DNA of 64,000 bases, from the NCBI GenBank assembly GCA_951406725.2, contig OX597830.1:50282001-50346000 (forward strand), read 5' to 3'. Origin of the DNA: Octopus vulgaris (Eukaryota). Shown here piece after piece: positions 11,181 to 24,181 of the stretch. How positions within the stretch are numbered: the first letter of the stretch is position 1; each line of letters opens with the position of its first letter. The notes beneath the pieces are model-generated. The model was not told the origin of the DNA. It made no database searches and worked only from the letters and a program-made list of their open reading frames with translations. The position numbers and the translations under genes were made by a program.

Positions 11181-12024
11181 GTTGGGGTAAGACGTGACAA
11201 GAGGCCCATGTGGAAGAATTGTACAGATGCAGACGAAAACTCAGGACCTGACCCGAGAAGAATTGGTGAGGGCTAATGGGGATGATGAGGGGCTGCAATA
11301 TATGGTGCGATGCTGTATAGAAGACATGACCAACCCATCAAATTATGGGAAAGTAGGCTTGATATTTTGATGATAATGAGAATGACAATAATGACAACGA
11401 ACATAAGCAATTTCTAATAAATGAGCTAAAGCTATGCCGCAAATATATCTCAGCGGGAAGCTTGGGTCTTAATTCAACAACACCTATCATAATGTGACAC
11501 AGATTAAAATATATTAGCTTAACCGAACAAAGGTCTATTTGGCAGCAGCAGAGAGCAGCTGCACAATACTGCATCACAGAGACGACACAGCCACAAACTA
11601 ATCTTTATTAACAAAAATGACTGTATATCAACTAACGAACTAAAAGGCTGCCAATTGTGTAGAGGAGCAGATCGGAGAATCATCTCACAAAGCCAGGTAA
11701 CTAAGTCCCATCTGATGTCGAAGATTGGCAAGAAAAACTGCGAAGAAATGGAGATATTACTCGAGCGTTTCAAATTCTGAGAATTTATTAGCAAACAATA
11801 CGGCAGAAGGAATTCTATCTTAATGGTTAATTATGTATATATAGATGATATAATGGATGTAGGTTGGGGAAATATTCATACTTAAATACACAGACACACA
11901 TGCACATACATAATATGATGATATATACATACACAAAAATACATACATATAGGTATATGTAGGTGTCTAATCTATCTATCAAGCGCTCTCAGTATATATA
12001 TATATATATATATATTTATGATAG

Positions 12025-12412
12025 ACACAGACGTGGGGTGAATGGTAAGAAGTTTGCTTCTCAACCACATGGTTCTGGGCTCAGTTTCCTTTTGTGGCAT
12101 CTTGAACAAATTTCCAAAACCTTGTGAGTTGATTTAGTAGACAGAAACTGAAAGAAGCCTGTTGTATATATATATATATATATGAAAACAACTCTGACAT
12201 TTCATTTTCACAGATATATTTATATATATATATATAGATACATATATACGACAAGCCTCTTTCAGTTTCCACCTACCAAATCCACTCACAAGGCTTTGGT
12301 CGGCCCGAGGCTATAGTAGAAGACACTTGCCAAGGTGCCACACAGTGGGAATGAACCCGGAACCATGTAGTTGGTAAGCAAACTACTTACCACACAGCCA
12401 CTCCTGTGCCTA
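12025..12412. mobile_element. Two SINE B 5' halves in inverted orientation
   Basis: Plus copy ~12025-12170 and minus copy ~12245-12412, separated by a short TA-rich spacer. Confidence 0.85.
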
Positions 12413-13070
12413 TAACTATATTATATTAAAGGGGTCAGAAAAACCTCTCCAAGATGCTAAAAATATTTCTCCTACAGCACAGGCAAAGGAAAAAATTATA
12501 AATACAACTGTCCGATTATGTATTGGACCAATTTCAAGCTAAATGCAATGAAATACATACAGCTATCATCATACATACAGACAGATCGATGTATTATCAG
12601 CGTTCTACATTTACCTTCCATGCTGGCATAGGTGAGATACAGTTGTCATGGTATGAGCAAGTCTCTATTTGGGACATGCCCTTCTGCATGTGTATGGCAA
12701 CAAGTCTTGCTTGTACGTTCCATCTCGGTTTTATTTCTATGGCTGGATGCCCTTCCTAACGTCAACTACTTTACATAGTTTACTGGCTGTGTGTTATCGT
12801 GGCACTACACTAGACGACCCGTTGGCTGAAGACTCTTCTGCACCTTTATGCTGTTGTTTCCATTCATTTAAGGCAACACGAAGAATGGTAGTAGTTGGAT
12901 GAACAAGATATCACAAGATGCTAGCTCATGGAATCCGAGGAAGAGGAGAGAAATGGTTAAGGTTGATCTCAGGCTGCAACGTTTCAAAATGATGAAGGAC
13001 CACAGCAAGTGGCACTTTATGTTGAGAGTGACCAGTCCACTCCTGGATGAAAACTGACTAATGACTATTC

Positions 13071-13108
<38 letters not shown>

Positions 13109-13111
<3 letters not shown>

Positions 13112-13420
13112 CGGTTGGGAGGCAGTTGCCAGCAACCATGGAGAATGGCGACGTACTGTAAAAGAGGGAATACAAAGGAGTGACAGAGAGAGAGAGAGAG
13201 GAGAAATGGAAAGAAAAGAAGAGACAAGAAACTATGGCATTACAACCAGCCAGGAACAATCTTCGCTACATTTGTGGTACCTGTCAGAGGGAGTGTTTGT
13301 CCAGGAAAGGACTACACAGCCACAGCAGGAAATGTATCAGGACATGAAATATAAAAGCCGGACTAGACTACTTTATGCGCAACTCCATTGTCTCCCAAGA
13401 CAGAAAGGATGCCAACCAAC
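13109..13420 (+). mobile_element. RTE LINE 3' end with C2H2-like finger
   Basis: Translates (with a frameshift) as WEAVASNHGEWRRTVKEG...YICGTCQRECLSRKGLHSHSRKC*, then an RTE-type tail ccattgtctcccaagacagaaaggatgccaac. Confidence 0.8.
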
Positions 13421-13433
13421 AATATATATATAT

Positions 13434-13630
13434 AAAGTTAATCCAAACATGAAAACACAAAGAGAAAATACAACAACGCGAGGACGTGGAACAAGTATAG
13501 TGTTATTGGACGCTCAGGAAGGAAGGGAAGAAGGAGGGTTTTACATTTCGAGCGGAGCTCTTCGTCAGAAACATAGGAAAAGGAAAGATCCAGAGACGGG
13601 AAGACAGAGGAAAAAAAAAATCGCCATCGG
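13434..13630 (-). mobile_element. ~200-bp HHR-bearing non-autonomous element within (TA)n
   Basis: Flanked by TA repeats, contains the HHR at 13538-13572, and is related to 34237-34440 and 56702-56900. Confidence 0.7.
13538..13572 (-). ncRNA. Minimal type I hammerhead ribozyme
   Basis: GTTT-CTGACGA-A-GAGC(TCC)GCTC-GAAA-TG-TA^AAAC. Confidence 0.75.
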
Positions 13631-13833
13631 TATATATATATATATATACCACATACACATGGAAAAAAAAAATTATGGTTTTTAAGAACTAATATGTTCT
13701 GGATCCTGGCCATTACACTTGACAAACAAACAGACAGCTTCTATATTTAAATAAACTACTCCACTTTCTGCCTTTGGCTACCATCCTAAACACATACACA
13801 CACTTATATATATACACACACACATATATACAT

Positions 13834-13885
<52 letters not shown>

Positions 13886-14275
13886 GTATATACATACACA
13901 CGCACACATATATATACATATATATAAATAAAATACACATACATCTACATATTTACATGTCTTATAGTAGGCTAGTTGTGGCCACATTTGGCCACCATCC
14001 CAAATACATACACACTGTGGACAGTAAAGATAGGACTAAAGTAATTTATAATTCAAATTAGATCAATAAAATTTACATCAATACTGACCAATTTATTGAT
14101 TGGTTTTAACATTAAATATATTTATTAATGACACCCCAATGTTTTAACAGTATTGTCCCTCTCTTTGGCTATCTACTGACCACTCTGCATATCAAAATTT
14201 TACTCTTACATTAGTCATATCACATCATTTTTGGTAGAGTGGACTCAATGGACAATGCACAAGTTTGCTTCTTAA

Positions 14276-14495
14276 CCCTTTCCTTACCAACCTGGCTGAA
14301 ACTGGCTCTAGCTCTGAGTACAAATGTCTTGTTTTCATAAGTTTTGAATTAAAATCCTTCACCAAACTTTAGTCACAATTTATGCTCCTAACACTAGCTG
14401 AATAATAACCAAGTTATTTTACTAAATTCTTTGTTATATTTAAAGTAATTGAAAGAGACACAGAGCCTCTCAAAATAAATACAGTAACAAAAGGG
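14276..14495. mobile_element. piggyBac-like MITE with TTAA TSD
   Basis: ttaa|CCCTTTCCTTAC ... GTAACAAAAGGG|ttaa, inserted in a SINE B head. Confidence 0.8.
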
Positions 14496-15412
14496 TTAAT
14501 CTTGTGGTTTTGGGTTCAGACAATTTATGGGTAAATCTCTTCCACCATAGACATTGGTGGATGAACGACTTGAGAGGAATGGTCAACAGGGGCTCTTCCA
14601 GTTGTGTAGTAGCTGACTTAATCCATTGCCTGGTTTTAATCCCAGTACCTGGCCCTTGTTTTTAGACCTAGTCCTCAATCAGGGGAAAACTTCCTCCTTA
14701 TCTCAGAAGCCCTGGAAAGAAAAAGGGATTTATTGACACTACCTTTCCTCTCTAGGCTAATTGAAAATAATAAATTAGAAGGTGATGAATTAATAGGGTT
14801 ATTACAGCATCTGAGCCACTTCTGGCTCTCTGTACCCAAAGTTCAAATCACACCAAATTCAGCTTTGTCTTTCTTCCTTCCAGAGTCAATAAATAAAATA
14901 CCAATCTGGTATTGGAGTTGATTCTGCAGTTCTTTTCTTTCTTTTGTTCTCTTTATCTCTTGGGCAATCAATCAGCTTCAAGCTAACAGAGGAGTGGTAT
15001 CATTTTGGCTTATTTACACACCCAAAACTTAATTCAATCAGACAAGGCCTTTACCAGGATCCATCAATCATTATAGCTGTGTACCAAACCAGAACAGTTC
15101 CTCTACCCCTTCAATCCATCTGTCTATTCATTTATCCATCCATTCAATCAGTCAGTCAGTCAGCCATCTGTCTGTATATTTCCCTATCCATCCATCAATC
15201 TATTAATCAGCGCAGGTGTTCTATGGGGAGGCACAGTTCACTATTGCAGACTGTAGGGAGGACAAGTCACAATATTTATTAAGAGACCACCAATTTCCGT
15301 TAAATTCCCTGAACTCAATCCAGTAGTTCTCTTTGACCCCTGGTTGGGGGTTAATAAAATATCTGTGATTCGATTAACAATTTGTAGATATATACATTAA
15401 ATGTATATAACA

Positions 15413-15925
15413 CTAGCAGTATCGCCCGGCGTTGCTCGGGTTTGTAAGGGAAATAACTATATAAGCATTTTTAGAGAGTTACTTCCCTTATAGATGCCAA
15501 TTCGGGCTTTCTTAGCCATTTCTGTTTTGGTGTCTTCAAGCCATGAAGTCGTTGTTCTAAAAGAACGCTGGTCTCCTTGACAACGCTTTACGACGTTGAT
15601 TTCCTTACACTCCCTTCCCCACAGCTTCACGAGGGAGGGAAGAAGGGGGAGAAGCAAACAGGTGCAGGTGTGACCATGGACGCCAACTCCGCCGCCATCG
15701 ACACACGAAAAATTATGCATTAAAATGGAATAAAAAATGATGTTAACTTATTTTTAAAATCGTAGACTCATCGTAGACGCGCGCTAATAGTCAGACGGGC
15801 TCGATATGAATCACGACTATAAGATACCCGAATTTGGTTAAACTGCACCGCAAAATGTGGGAGTAGTTAGGAATCTAAATCGAAGGGGACAGACACTCAC
15901 ACAACTACAGTTTTATATATATAGA
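15413..15925 (-). mobile_element. Non-autonomous Helitron (longer variant)
   Basis: Same termini as 2781-3079 (TC start, CCCGAGCAACGCCGGG hairpin, CTAG end), plus an extra internal segment. Confidence 0.85.
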
Positions 15926-16014
15926 TTTAATGCATACACATTTTGGGAGAGAAATATATTTGGAACAATGGAGGCATGATTGCCTATAATATTAATGAAA
16001 AGAAAGAGTATGGA

Positions 16015-16560
16015 CGAGCTTTTGTGATAAGTTGCTGAATGCAAAGAACATATAAGAGAGAAGGACCACCCTGAGTAGACTCAATCGAGGGACCAGCCAT
16101 CCAAGTTCACAGCAGTATGGGAGATAAAGCAGTTAATAATATGAAGGCACATAATGATAAGAGGCAGCAAGCTGGCAGAAACGGTAGCATGCCGGGTGAA
16201 TGCTTAACCGTATTTCGTCTGCCGCTACGTTCTGAGTTCAAATTCCGCCGAGGTCAACTTTGCCTTTCATCCTTTCGGGGTCGATAAATTAAGTACCAGT
16301 TATGCACTGGGGTCAATGTAATCAACTTAATCCGTTTGTCTGTCCTTGTTTATCCCCTCTGTGTTTAGCCCCTTGTGGGTAGTAAAGAAATAGGTATGAA
16401 GGCACAAGTCTTCACCAAGAATTATTGCTGAGATGCTTAAAATATCTGGTGGAGATGGGCAGTGACTAGTCTTTGGTATTACCATGCCTAATGACTAGTG
16501 TGGCAGAATTACTGTAAAGTATATGGATAATGACAGCTGCAGGAAGATGTGCCAATCTCT
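16015..16560 (+). mobile_element. RTE LINE ORF2 fragment interrupted by SINE A
   Basis: IIAEMLKISGGDG motif; paralogous empty-site copy at ~19150-19690. Confidence 0.65.
16152..16394 (+). mobile_element. SINE family A with 12-bp TSD
   Basis: TATGAAGGCACA at 16140-16151 and 16395-16406. Confidence 0.92.
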
Positions 16561-16789
16561 TAAAAAGAATGGAATCTGTGGAAGAGGGCAACATAGAAAA
16601 ACTTAGTATGAAGTGATTTCAAGATGGTGCATCTCACAAAGGAGATAACAAAAGACCAGGATTTGGAAAAAACCCAATGAATGAGATGAACTGACCACTA
16701 GGATAAACTTAGTAAAATGAAAGTACTAATGGAAACTGATATATATGTATCTACAGGTGGGCCTTTCATCCCATTTTGTACCTGCTGAG

Positions 16790-17760
16790 TTTCTACCTGT
16801 CTTCCTTGTTTATCCAATATTCTCACATCTCTCTAGCACACCTCCCTTGTTCACTGTACCCAGCCACCCATGGAATGAAAGAGAAACTACGTCTACCTGT
16901 ACACAATTCCCAGCTCTTCCACCATCCCTAGTTTTCCATTCTTCCCCACATAGTGTTGCTCCAGAAATAAGAGGATATACTTTGGATCTGTTAATATCCA
17001 ATGCAGCCTTTCTTTTACACCTGTACTGTTTGATGATGCTCCTCTGGTGACATCCATCACTTTCTTAACAGCTAACATCTCCCCTTTTACCAACATCCAG
17101 TACATCTCCCATCTCCCACAATTCATCACTCGCTGCCAGTCTTTCAACTGCATCTAGTGCATCCCTTTCATCATGTTACCTGAATATTTTCAGAGATTCT
17201 ATCAGCTCCATTGGTATCTGATACCTCATCCCCCGCCCACCAGGTCTCCCACTCTTACCAACAATATTTTGATGTCATTACCATCCTCCCCATCACAAAC
17301 TCCTCCCTAATGATAGATTACATCACATCCAATGCACCCCCCACCCAAACATCATTTCCTCCCACTCAGCTTTTCCCTCAGTCTCCTTCCATCACCATCG
17401 TAATTACTCATCACTCATACCCTCTCCATCTAAAATACCCTTTTTATACTGCTAGCTAATGCCCCCCCCCCCACACCTTCAGGTCACTCACAACTGGCAT
17501 CCACCACACACATGCCACCAACCATTTTACAGCTACCCGTCACTCACCTTCTCTCTCAGTACCACCTACAATTACACTTTCTACCATTACTCCTTCTAGC
17601 AACCTCTACCCCTTTTCTCCCCACCCTCTTCCAGCTGTCACCCTAATTACTCCTGCCACCCTCCTCATGCTCCCACATCATCTGTCCTTCCTTCTTAGTT
17701 CACCTTCTACAATCTCCCTCTCTCGACCCCCTCCACTGCATTAGTCATGTTACCCTGCAT
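16790..17760 (-). mobile_element. Degenerate RTE-like LINE fragment
   Basis: Pyrimidine-rich decayed coding sequence; its right-hand part is duplicated at 1755-2135. Confidence 0.5.
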
Positions 17761-17809
17761 CAACAGCAACAACATGCAACAGAGAGGATCCCTTTTGTTT
17801 TATAGAGTA

Positions 17810-18135
17810 CAAGGCACATACCTTAGTGGTTTGAGTGTTTGGCTCACAATTGTAAGGTTGTGAGTTCGATTTCCAGTGATGCATTGTGTCCTTGTGCAAG
17901 ACACTTTATTTCACATTGCTCCAGTCCACTCAGCTGGCAAAAATTAGTAGTACCTGTAATTCAAAGGGGGCCAGTTTTGTCACATTCTGTGTCACACTGA
18001 ATCTGCCTCAGAACTACGTTAAGGGTCTGCATGTCTGTGGAGTGTTCAGTCACTTTCAAATTAATTTCCTGAGCAAGCTGTACCATTGATCAGATCAACT
18101 GGAACCTAAGTCATCATAACTGATGGAGTGCCAGA
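17810..18135 (+). mobile_element. SINE family C, full length
   Basis: tRNA-like head (tagtggtttgagtg...gagttcgatttcc) and tail ...ggaacctaagtcatcataactgatggagtgcc. Confidence 0.85.
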
Positions 18136-18355
18136 CACTAGTGCTGGTGCCAAGACAAAATACCTGTTTACTGGTTGGTGAATGAGAAGAGACAATAATG
18201 GACAAGATGGTTCTTAGTGTTGTCTTACTGAGGACCCAACAACCCCTTTGGAGGTGGTGCCATGATAAAACACACCCTATAAAGGGGTTGGTAGGAGAAA
18301 GGGCATCAAGCCATAGACATTTATGGTAAACTCTGCGGTTCTGAGGGTGCTGCTG

Positions 18356-18719
18356 TTGTTGTTGAGCGTAGCGGTCTTCGTCCAGTGGGAGAAGTTCGAA
18401 ACGTAATCCTTTGCTATTCGTAAGACCCGCAGAAGAGAAAGCAGGTCAACCCCCGACACTGAGAGCATCGATGGATGGATGAATGCGCATCCAGGCTCAG
18501 CGGTTGCATAGGAAGTCGGGGACAAGAAACAGGAAGAAAGAGTGAGAGAAAGTTGGAGCGAAAGAGTACAACAGGGGTCGTCACCACCCCCTGCCGGAGC
18601 CTCATGGAGCTTTAGGTGTTTTCGCTCAATAAACACACACAACGCCTGATCTGGGAATCGAAACCGCGATCCTCTGACCGCAATTCCGCTGCCCTAACCA
18701 TTGGGCCATTGTGCCTCCA
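18356..18719 (-). mobile_element. SINE family D (resembles octopus OR-type SINEs) with 15-bp TSD
   Basis: Head ggcacaatggcccaatggttagggcagcgg; TSD CTGAGGGTGCTGCTG at 18341-18355 and 18720-18734; (CAA)n tail. Confidence 0.9.
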
Positions 18720-20030
18720 CTGAGGGTGCTGCTGCCGTATACCCTCTCTGAATACTTGAATCAATGTCTCACCAGGCAGTGAAGCAGATCTGTGGGTGTT
18801 TTGGCCCCATCCACTGAGACAAAAGAGATCCTTGAGGCCACCCACCAATGGAGATGAGAAAACCCTAAACAACAGCATGAGCTGTGCTGAGTTAGATGTT
18901 ACGACTCTGGACCAGCTGTTTCGAACTACCCTCAATATTTGATCATGCTGCACCATTTGTCCTCACCCTTGAGCCAAATGTGATGGTTTACTTTCTCAGA
19001 TAATCTTAATACTATTCAGGCAAGGTATGATCATACCCCAAACTTTTAAGTGCAGCAGTTCTGTAGATGTTTTGGCCCCTTCCATTAGGATTCCAGAGGT
19101 GCCTGAGTAAACCCCCACAACAGCACGAGCTTTGTTGAATGAGATGCAAAGCTTTTATGAGAGGTTGCTGAATGTGGAGAGTATATAAGAGAGAAGGGCC
19201 ACCCTGAGTAGACTCAATCGAGGGACCACCCATCCAAGTTCACAGCAGTATGGGAGATAAAGCAGTTAATGATATGAAGGCACATGTCTTCAGCAGGAAT
19301 TATTGCTGAAAGGCTTAAAATATCTGGTGGAGTTGGGCAATGGCCACTGGCTCAGGAATGAAATTTGCTTGGGTGTGTGGTGCAAACCCAGGTCCAACAA
19401 ATTTTATAAATAAGGTCATGTCTTTTATTTATTTATTTATGTTCTTTGAGAAGAAACCTGATTCAAGCTACGTTTTACAGATCAATTTTTACGCAGTTTT
19501 CTAAACCTGAGAAAAGAAAGTAGCAGGTGAAAATTCTGCTTTTGCACTCCACAAAAATTCTCGGGGGTGCAATCGCATCCCCAGCACCCCCTGTACCTCT
19601 GGCTAGTTTTTTGTATTTTCTATTAGGTGATACAAAAACTTGCCATGCCAAATGACTAATACAGCAGAATTGCTGTAAAGAATGCGGATCAGATGTTTCT
19701 GGACCAAGTGTTTCTGCTATCCTCAATATTCAATCTTGGCTGTGCCGTTTGCCCTCACCCTTGAGTCATATGTGATGTCTTGCTCTCTCAGATAAACTTA
19801 ATTACTATTCAAGCAAAGAACGATTCTCCAAACCGTTCAGGAAGAAAATATCGTTAAATATGAAGCTACCTCAAGATGACCCAGCACAGGAAAGCAGATG
19901 CAAATTGATGTTGATAACAATAATATTCACAAATGTGAGTGGAGAGAATTTACATGCATGCACATACACACACACACACACATATATATATATATTTAGA
20001 TACAGAATGTAAATTTACACACATAAGGAA

Positions 20031-20066
<36 letters not shown>

Positions 20067-20269
20067 GGAGAGAGAGTTATATAAATTTACACAAATGTAT
20101 ATAGACATCGATATGATTTTAAATATATATTTATGTTCAGACACGTTTGTCTGTCTAAGAGGGCGAATGATTCTAAATAAGAACTGACTAAGACTGCCAC
20201 AAACTGTTGAACCCATACCAGCATGGAAAGCAGATGTAAAATGATGAGGAAGATGCTCTCATTATATAA

Positions 20270-20384
20270 TGCATACATACACACACACAAATATATATAT
20301 TACACTCACATACACACACATATATATATATATATATACATATATATATGTATTACAATATATATATATATATATATATATTAC

Positions 20385-20451
<67 letters not shown>

Positions 20452-20452
20452 C

Positions 20453-20493
<41 letters not shown>

Positions 20494-21090
20494 TATTACA
20501 TATATATACATATATATATATATATTACATATATATACATATATATTACATATATATACATATATATATATATATTACAAATATATATATACATATATAT
20601 TATATATATATATACATATATATTATATATATATTACATATATATATACATATATATTATATATATATTACATATATATATACATTCATATTATATATAT
20701 ATTATATATATATATATACATTCATATTATATATATATTACATATATATATACATATATATACATATATATTAAATATATTTATATACATATTACATATA
20801 TATATATATATATATATATATTACACACACACACACATATATATTACATATATATTATATATGTATATATATATATATATAACAGAGATATATTACATAT
20901 GTATATATATATATATATGTATGTATATATCTCTATATGACATATATACTATACACATACACATTTATATATTTTATATAATTATGTGTATATATTTTAT
21001 ATCCTAATTCTAGCCTGTGCACATACACATATATACAACAATATAGCAATATATATATATGTGTATATATATATATATATACACACACAC
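20270..21090. repeat. Long compound (TA)n/(TACA)n microsatellite
   Basis: About 800 bp of TA-based repeat. Confidence 0.95.
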
Positions 21091-21606
21091 ATTATACACA
21101 GGATGTAAACAAGTATCATTATTTATTCAATAATCTATGTGAGAAGAATCCATTAATAAATGCAGGAAAGCATCAGGGGGAGGGGATAGGAAGTGAGTGT
21201 ATATAGATATATGTCTATACACACACACACACACACACAGAAACACACACATGTTACATAGATACGCACACACAAATGCACATACACAGACACATGCATT
21301 GATTGTCTTTATTTTCTAGATATAAACAACCGCCAGAAACCATTCTATCACAATACAAACTACCTCCCCCCCACCGCCAACCCCCGGCACCTTCCCAGAA
21401 AAAAATATAATTATGAAGCATGTATGTATTTCGGTAACATAGTCTTGCTAAGCTTGCTAAGCTCTGCCAACACAGGAAAATATATTCTTTCACAGAATCC
21501 TTCCATTCATCTGCTATTTGTTAAGTTCCAGAATTACAGTGAATTTCATAACGATCTCATGCTACCACAACACATTCCTATATGTGGCCAACTGTCTGAG
21601 ACAGAG

Positions 21607-21645
21607 TAAAGCTGATGAGATCTAACTAGGCTGAAACAGTATCAT
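21607..21645 (+). ncRNA. Degenerate hammerhead motif
   Basis: CTGATGA-GATCTAACTAGGCT-GAAA-CAG-TA. Core intact, stem II imperfect, stem I poor. Confidence 0.4.
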
Positions 21646-21759
21646 TTTGTTAGGGTTTCACATGTTGTTAGAGTACACTGCTGGGTTTTCTAGATTCAAT
21701 ATGCTATATTCTCTTTACTTTGTGGAATTAATTCCATATTCTGCTGCTTGAGAAATTAT

Positions 21760-22440
21760 TTTAGGGTGACCTGCTGTGCTTGAGGAGACCCATTGAGTCA
21801 AGTACATCAACATCAAAAAACAAATGGAAATTGTAGTTGCGATACCTGTGCCGGTGGCACGTAAAAAGCATTGTCCGAACATGGCCGATGCCAGCACTGC
21901 CTTGACTGGCTTCCGTGCCGGTGGCACGTAAAAAGCACCAACCGATCGTGGTCATTGCCAGCGTACCCTGGCACCTGCGCCAGTGGCACGTAAAAAGCAC
22001 CCACTACACTCACAGAGTGGTTGGCGTTAGAAAGGGCATTTAGCTGTAAAAACACTGCCCGACCAGACTGGAGCCTGGTGCAGCCTCCTGGCTTCCCAGA
22101 CCCCGGTCGAACCGTCCAACCCATGTGGCATTGGTATAGGCACTTTTGTTGTTGTGCTGCACATGGCTCAGTGGTTAAAGTGTCATCATCATCATCATCA
22201 TCTTCTTCTCCTCCTCCTCCTTCTTTTAACTTCCTTTCTCCATAAGAGCATGGTTTGGATGGTTAGACAGGAGCTGCCTGGGCTCCATACGTCTGTTTTG
22301 GCCTGGCTTCTATGGCTGGATGCCCTTCCGATGACCAACCTCTTTACAGTGTTCTGGCAAGTGTGTTTTTACATGGCGCCATCATGAACACTTGTATGTG
22401 GCACCATCATGGGCACTTTCATGTGGCATTGGTATAGGCA
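21760..22440. mobile_element. Two RTE-tailed SINE (family F) copies in inverted orientation
   Basis: Plus copy with gtgccggtggcacgtaaaaagca internal repeats (~21760-22125); minus copy starting at (CAT)n, ~22186-22440. Confidence 0.85.
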
Positions 22441-22454
22441 CTTTTGTTGTTGTG

Positions 22455-22780
22455 CTGCACATGGCTCAGTGGTTAAAGTGTCAGGCTCACAATCATAAGA
22501 TATTGAGTTCGATTCTCAGACCAGACTGTATGTTGTGTTCTTGAGCAAAACACTTTATTTCACATTTCTCCATTTCCCTCAGCTGTAGAAATGTGTTGCA
22601 ATGTCAAGCTGTATCAGCTTCTTCGCCTCTCCCTTGGATAACATCAGTGACAGGGAGAGGGGAGGCTGGTATGCATGGGAAACTGCTGGTCTCCCATAAT
22701 CAACCTTGCCTGGACTCGTGTGTCGGAAGCTAACTTTCTACATGCAATCCCATGGTCATTCATGACTGAAAGAGGTCTTT
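22455..22780 (+). mobile_element. SINE family C variant
   Basis: Head catggctcagtggttaaagtgtc; tail cccatggtcattcatgactgaaagaggtc. Related copy at 25145-25480 (minus). Confidence 0.85.
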
Positions 22781-23436
22781 ATTTTGTCTTTTTACTATTG
22801 TGAATTCAATACAACCCTGTCCTGGGGTTTGACTTTAAACTGCATCCAGTGATGTTTGGAAGTTTTAGAGTTTTTAAGAATATAAAATGACCTCTAAGCC
22901 ACTATTGCTCCCAGGTCAAATTCCGCCAAGGTCAACTTTGCCTGTCAGAGTTAAGATCCCAGTTATGGATTAATTAGCAAGTCAGTTGGGCAAATGGCGT
23001 TTGTTAGCCTTGAGGTCAATCCATTTAGAGAAAGAGAAACCCAGATTTCAAATTGCTACTACCTTACGGTCATATCCAACCACAGGAAAGTTTCTGGGTG
23101 TAAACCCTAAAGAAAAATTGCGAGTCAGAACCTCAAGAGGAGATTGATGTTGTCTACTACCTCACCCTGGAAACTCCTGCAACGATGCAGGTGCCAAATT
23201 CTAACTATTGTGTTTTGTCTTTGGATCCATCAGTGACAATGGAGGGTGGTGTTGGTGGTGGTTGGGGGAAGGACCTGCTGCTGATGGAATCAGGCTTGTA
23301 TGGCAGAGATTGTCTTTTATGTATCGAACTGTTCAGCCATAGGCAATGCTGTTCCAGTGGAGCAAACAACTATGAATTTCCTCCATGGTCATTAATACCA
23401 GATGGCGGCCTCAGTGGAGCTAGATGAAAACTAATG

Positions 23437-23715
23437 AAATAATAATAATGAAATTATTGTATACAGTGCTCAGGTGCACCACAACTTGTCAAAAGTGCAT
23501 ATAAAGCATATGCAGTAATGTACAAATGTCTGGAAAGCAAACAGTGTATGAGTCAGATACATGCTTGTGTGTGTATGGAGGGGAGAAAAATCAGGTGTAG
23601 TATTGGCGAATCTCAGGAAGCATGGAAGTTTTGAAGGATGCAGTGCTCCGACAACTAACAACTGATGCAGGCAGTTTGTTCCATGCTTCAGCAACTCTTA
23701 GCATGAAAAAAATGT
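23437..23715 (-). mobile_element. CR1 LINE 3' end, second copy
   Basis: Near-identical to 3310-3565. Confidence 0.9.
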
Positions 23716-23909
23716 ATCCAAATATCTACATGGAAAGTGGAGCATTAGTCAACATGTAGAAATCATTGGTCAAATAAATAATGTATCCTGTGGGTCAATT
23801 GTAGAGTAAAGGATAGTGGTGGGTGCTCATGGTAACAAACATGGAACAATGGTTAGGTAGACTACCAAACAATGTGGCATAACTTTATTTTGTTGGTCAG
23901 ACACTGTCT

Positions 23910-23941
<32 letters not shown>

Positions 23942-24181
23942 GAAAAGATAGGCAAGAGATATTCTTAATAATCAGAGCAATGAATGAAGATACCTTGTGG
24001 TATTTTTCTCACCAAGTTGCACAGATAATCTCTTGTCCCTCTGGCCATGAGAAGTACATTGAACAATCGATTGACCAGTTGGCAAGGTAACCGAAAATGA
24101 TAATGTTCACAAAATGAGATATAAAATAAAGATAAACAAAAAGAAGTAGAATAAGTAAGATAATGAATTGATAAGAACTTG

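Noticed and set aside
10847-11298. Arg/Glu-rich protein ORFs
   Set aside because: A GA-rich low-complexity tract open in multiple frames on both strands.
18905-19000. HHR in the ~270-bp tandem duplication (minus GAAACAGCTGGTC)
   Set aside because: No matching CTGANGA core or stem I in either copy.
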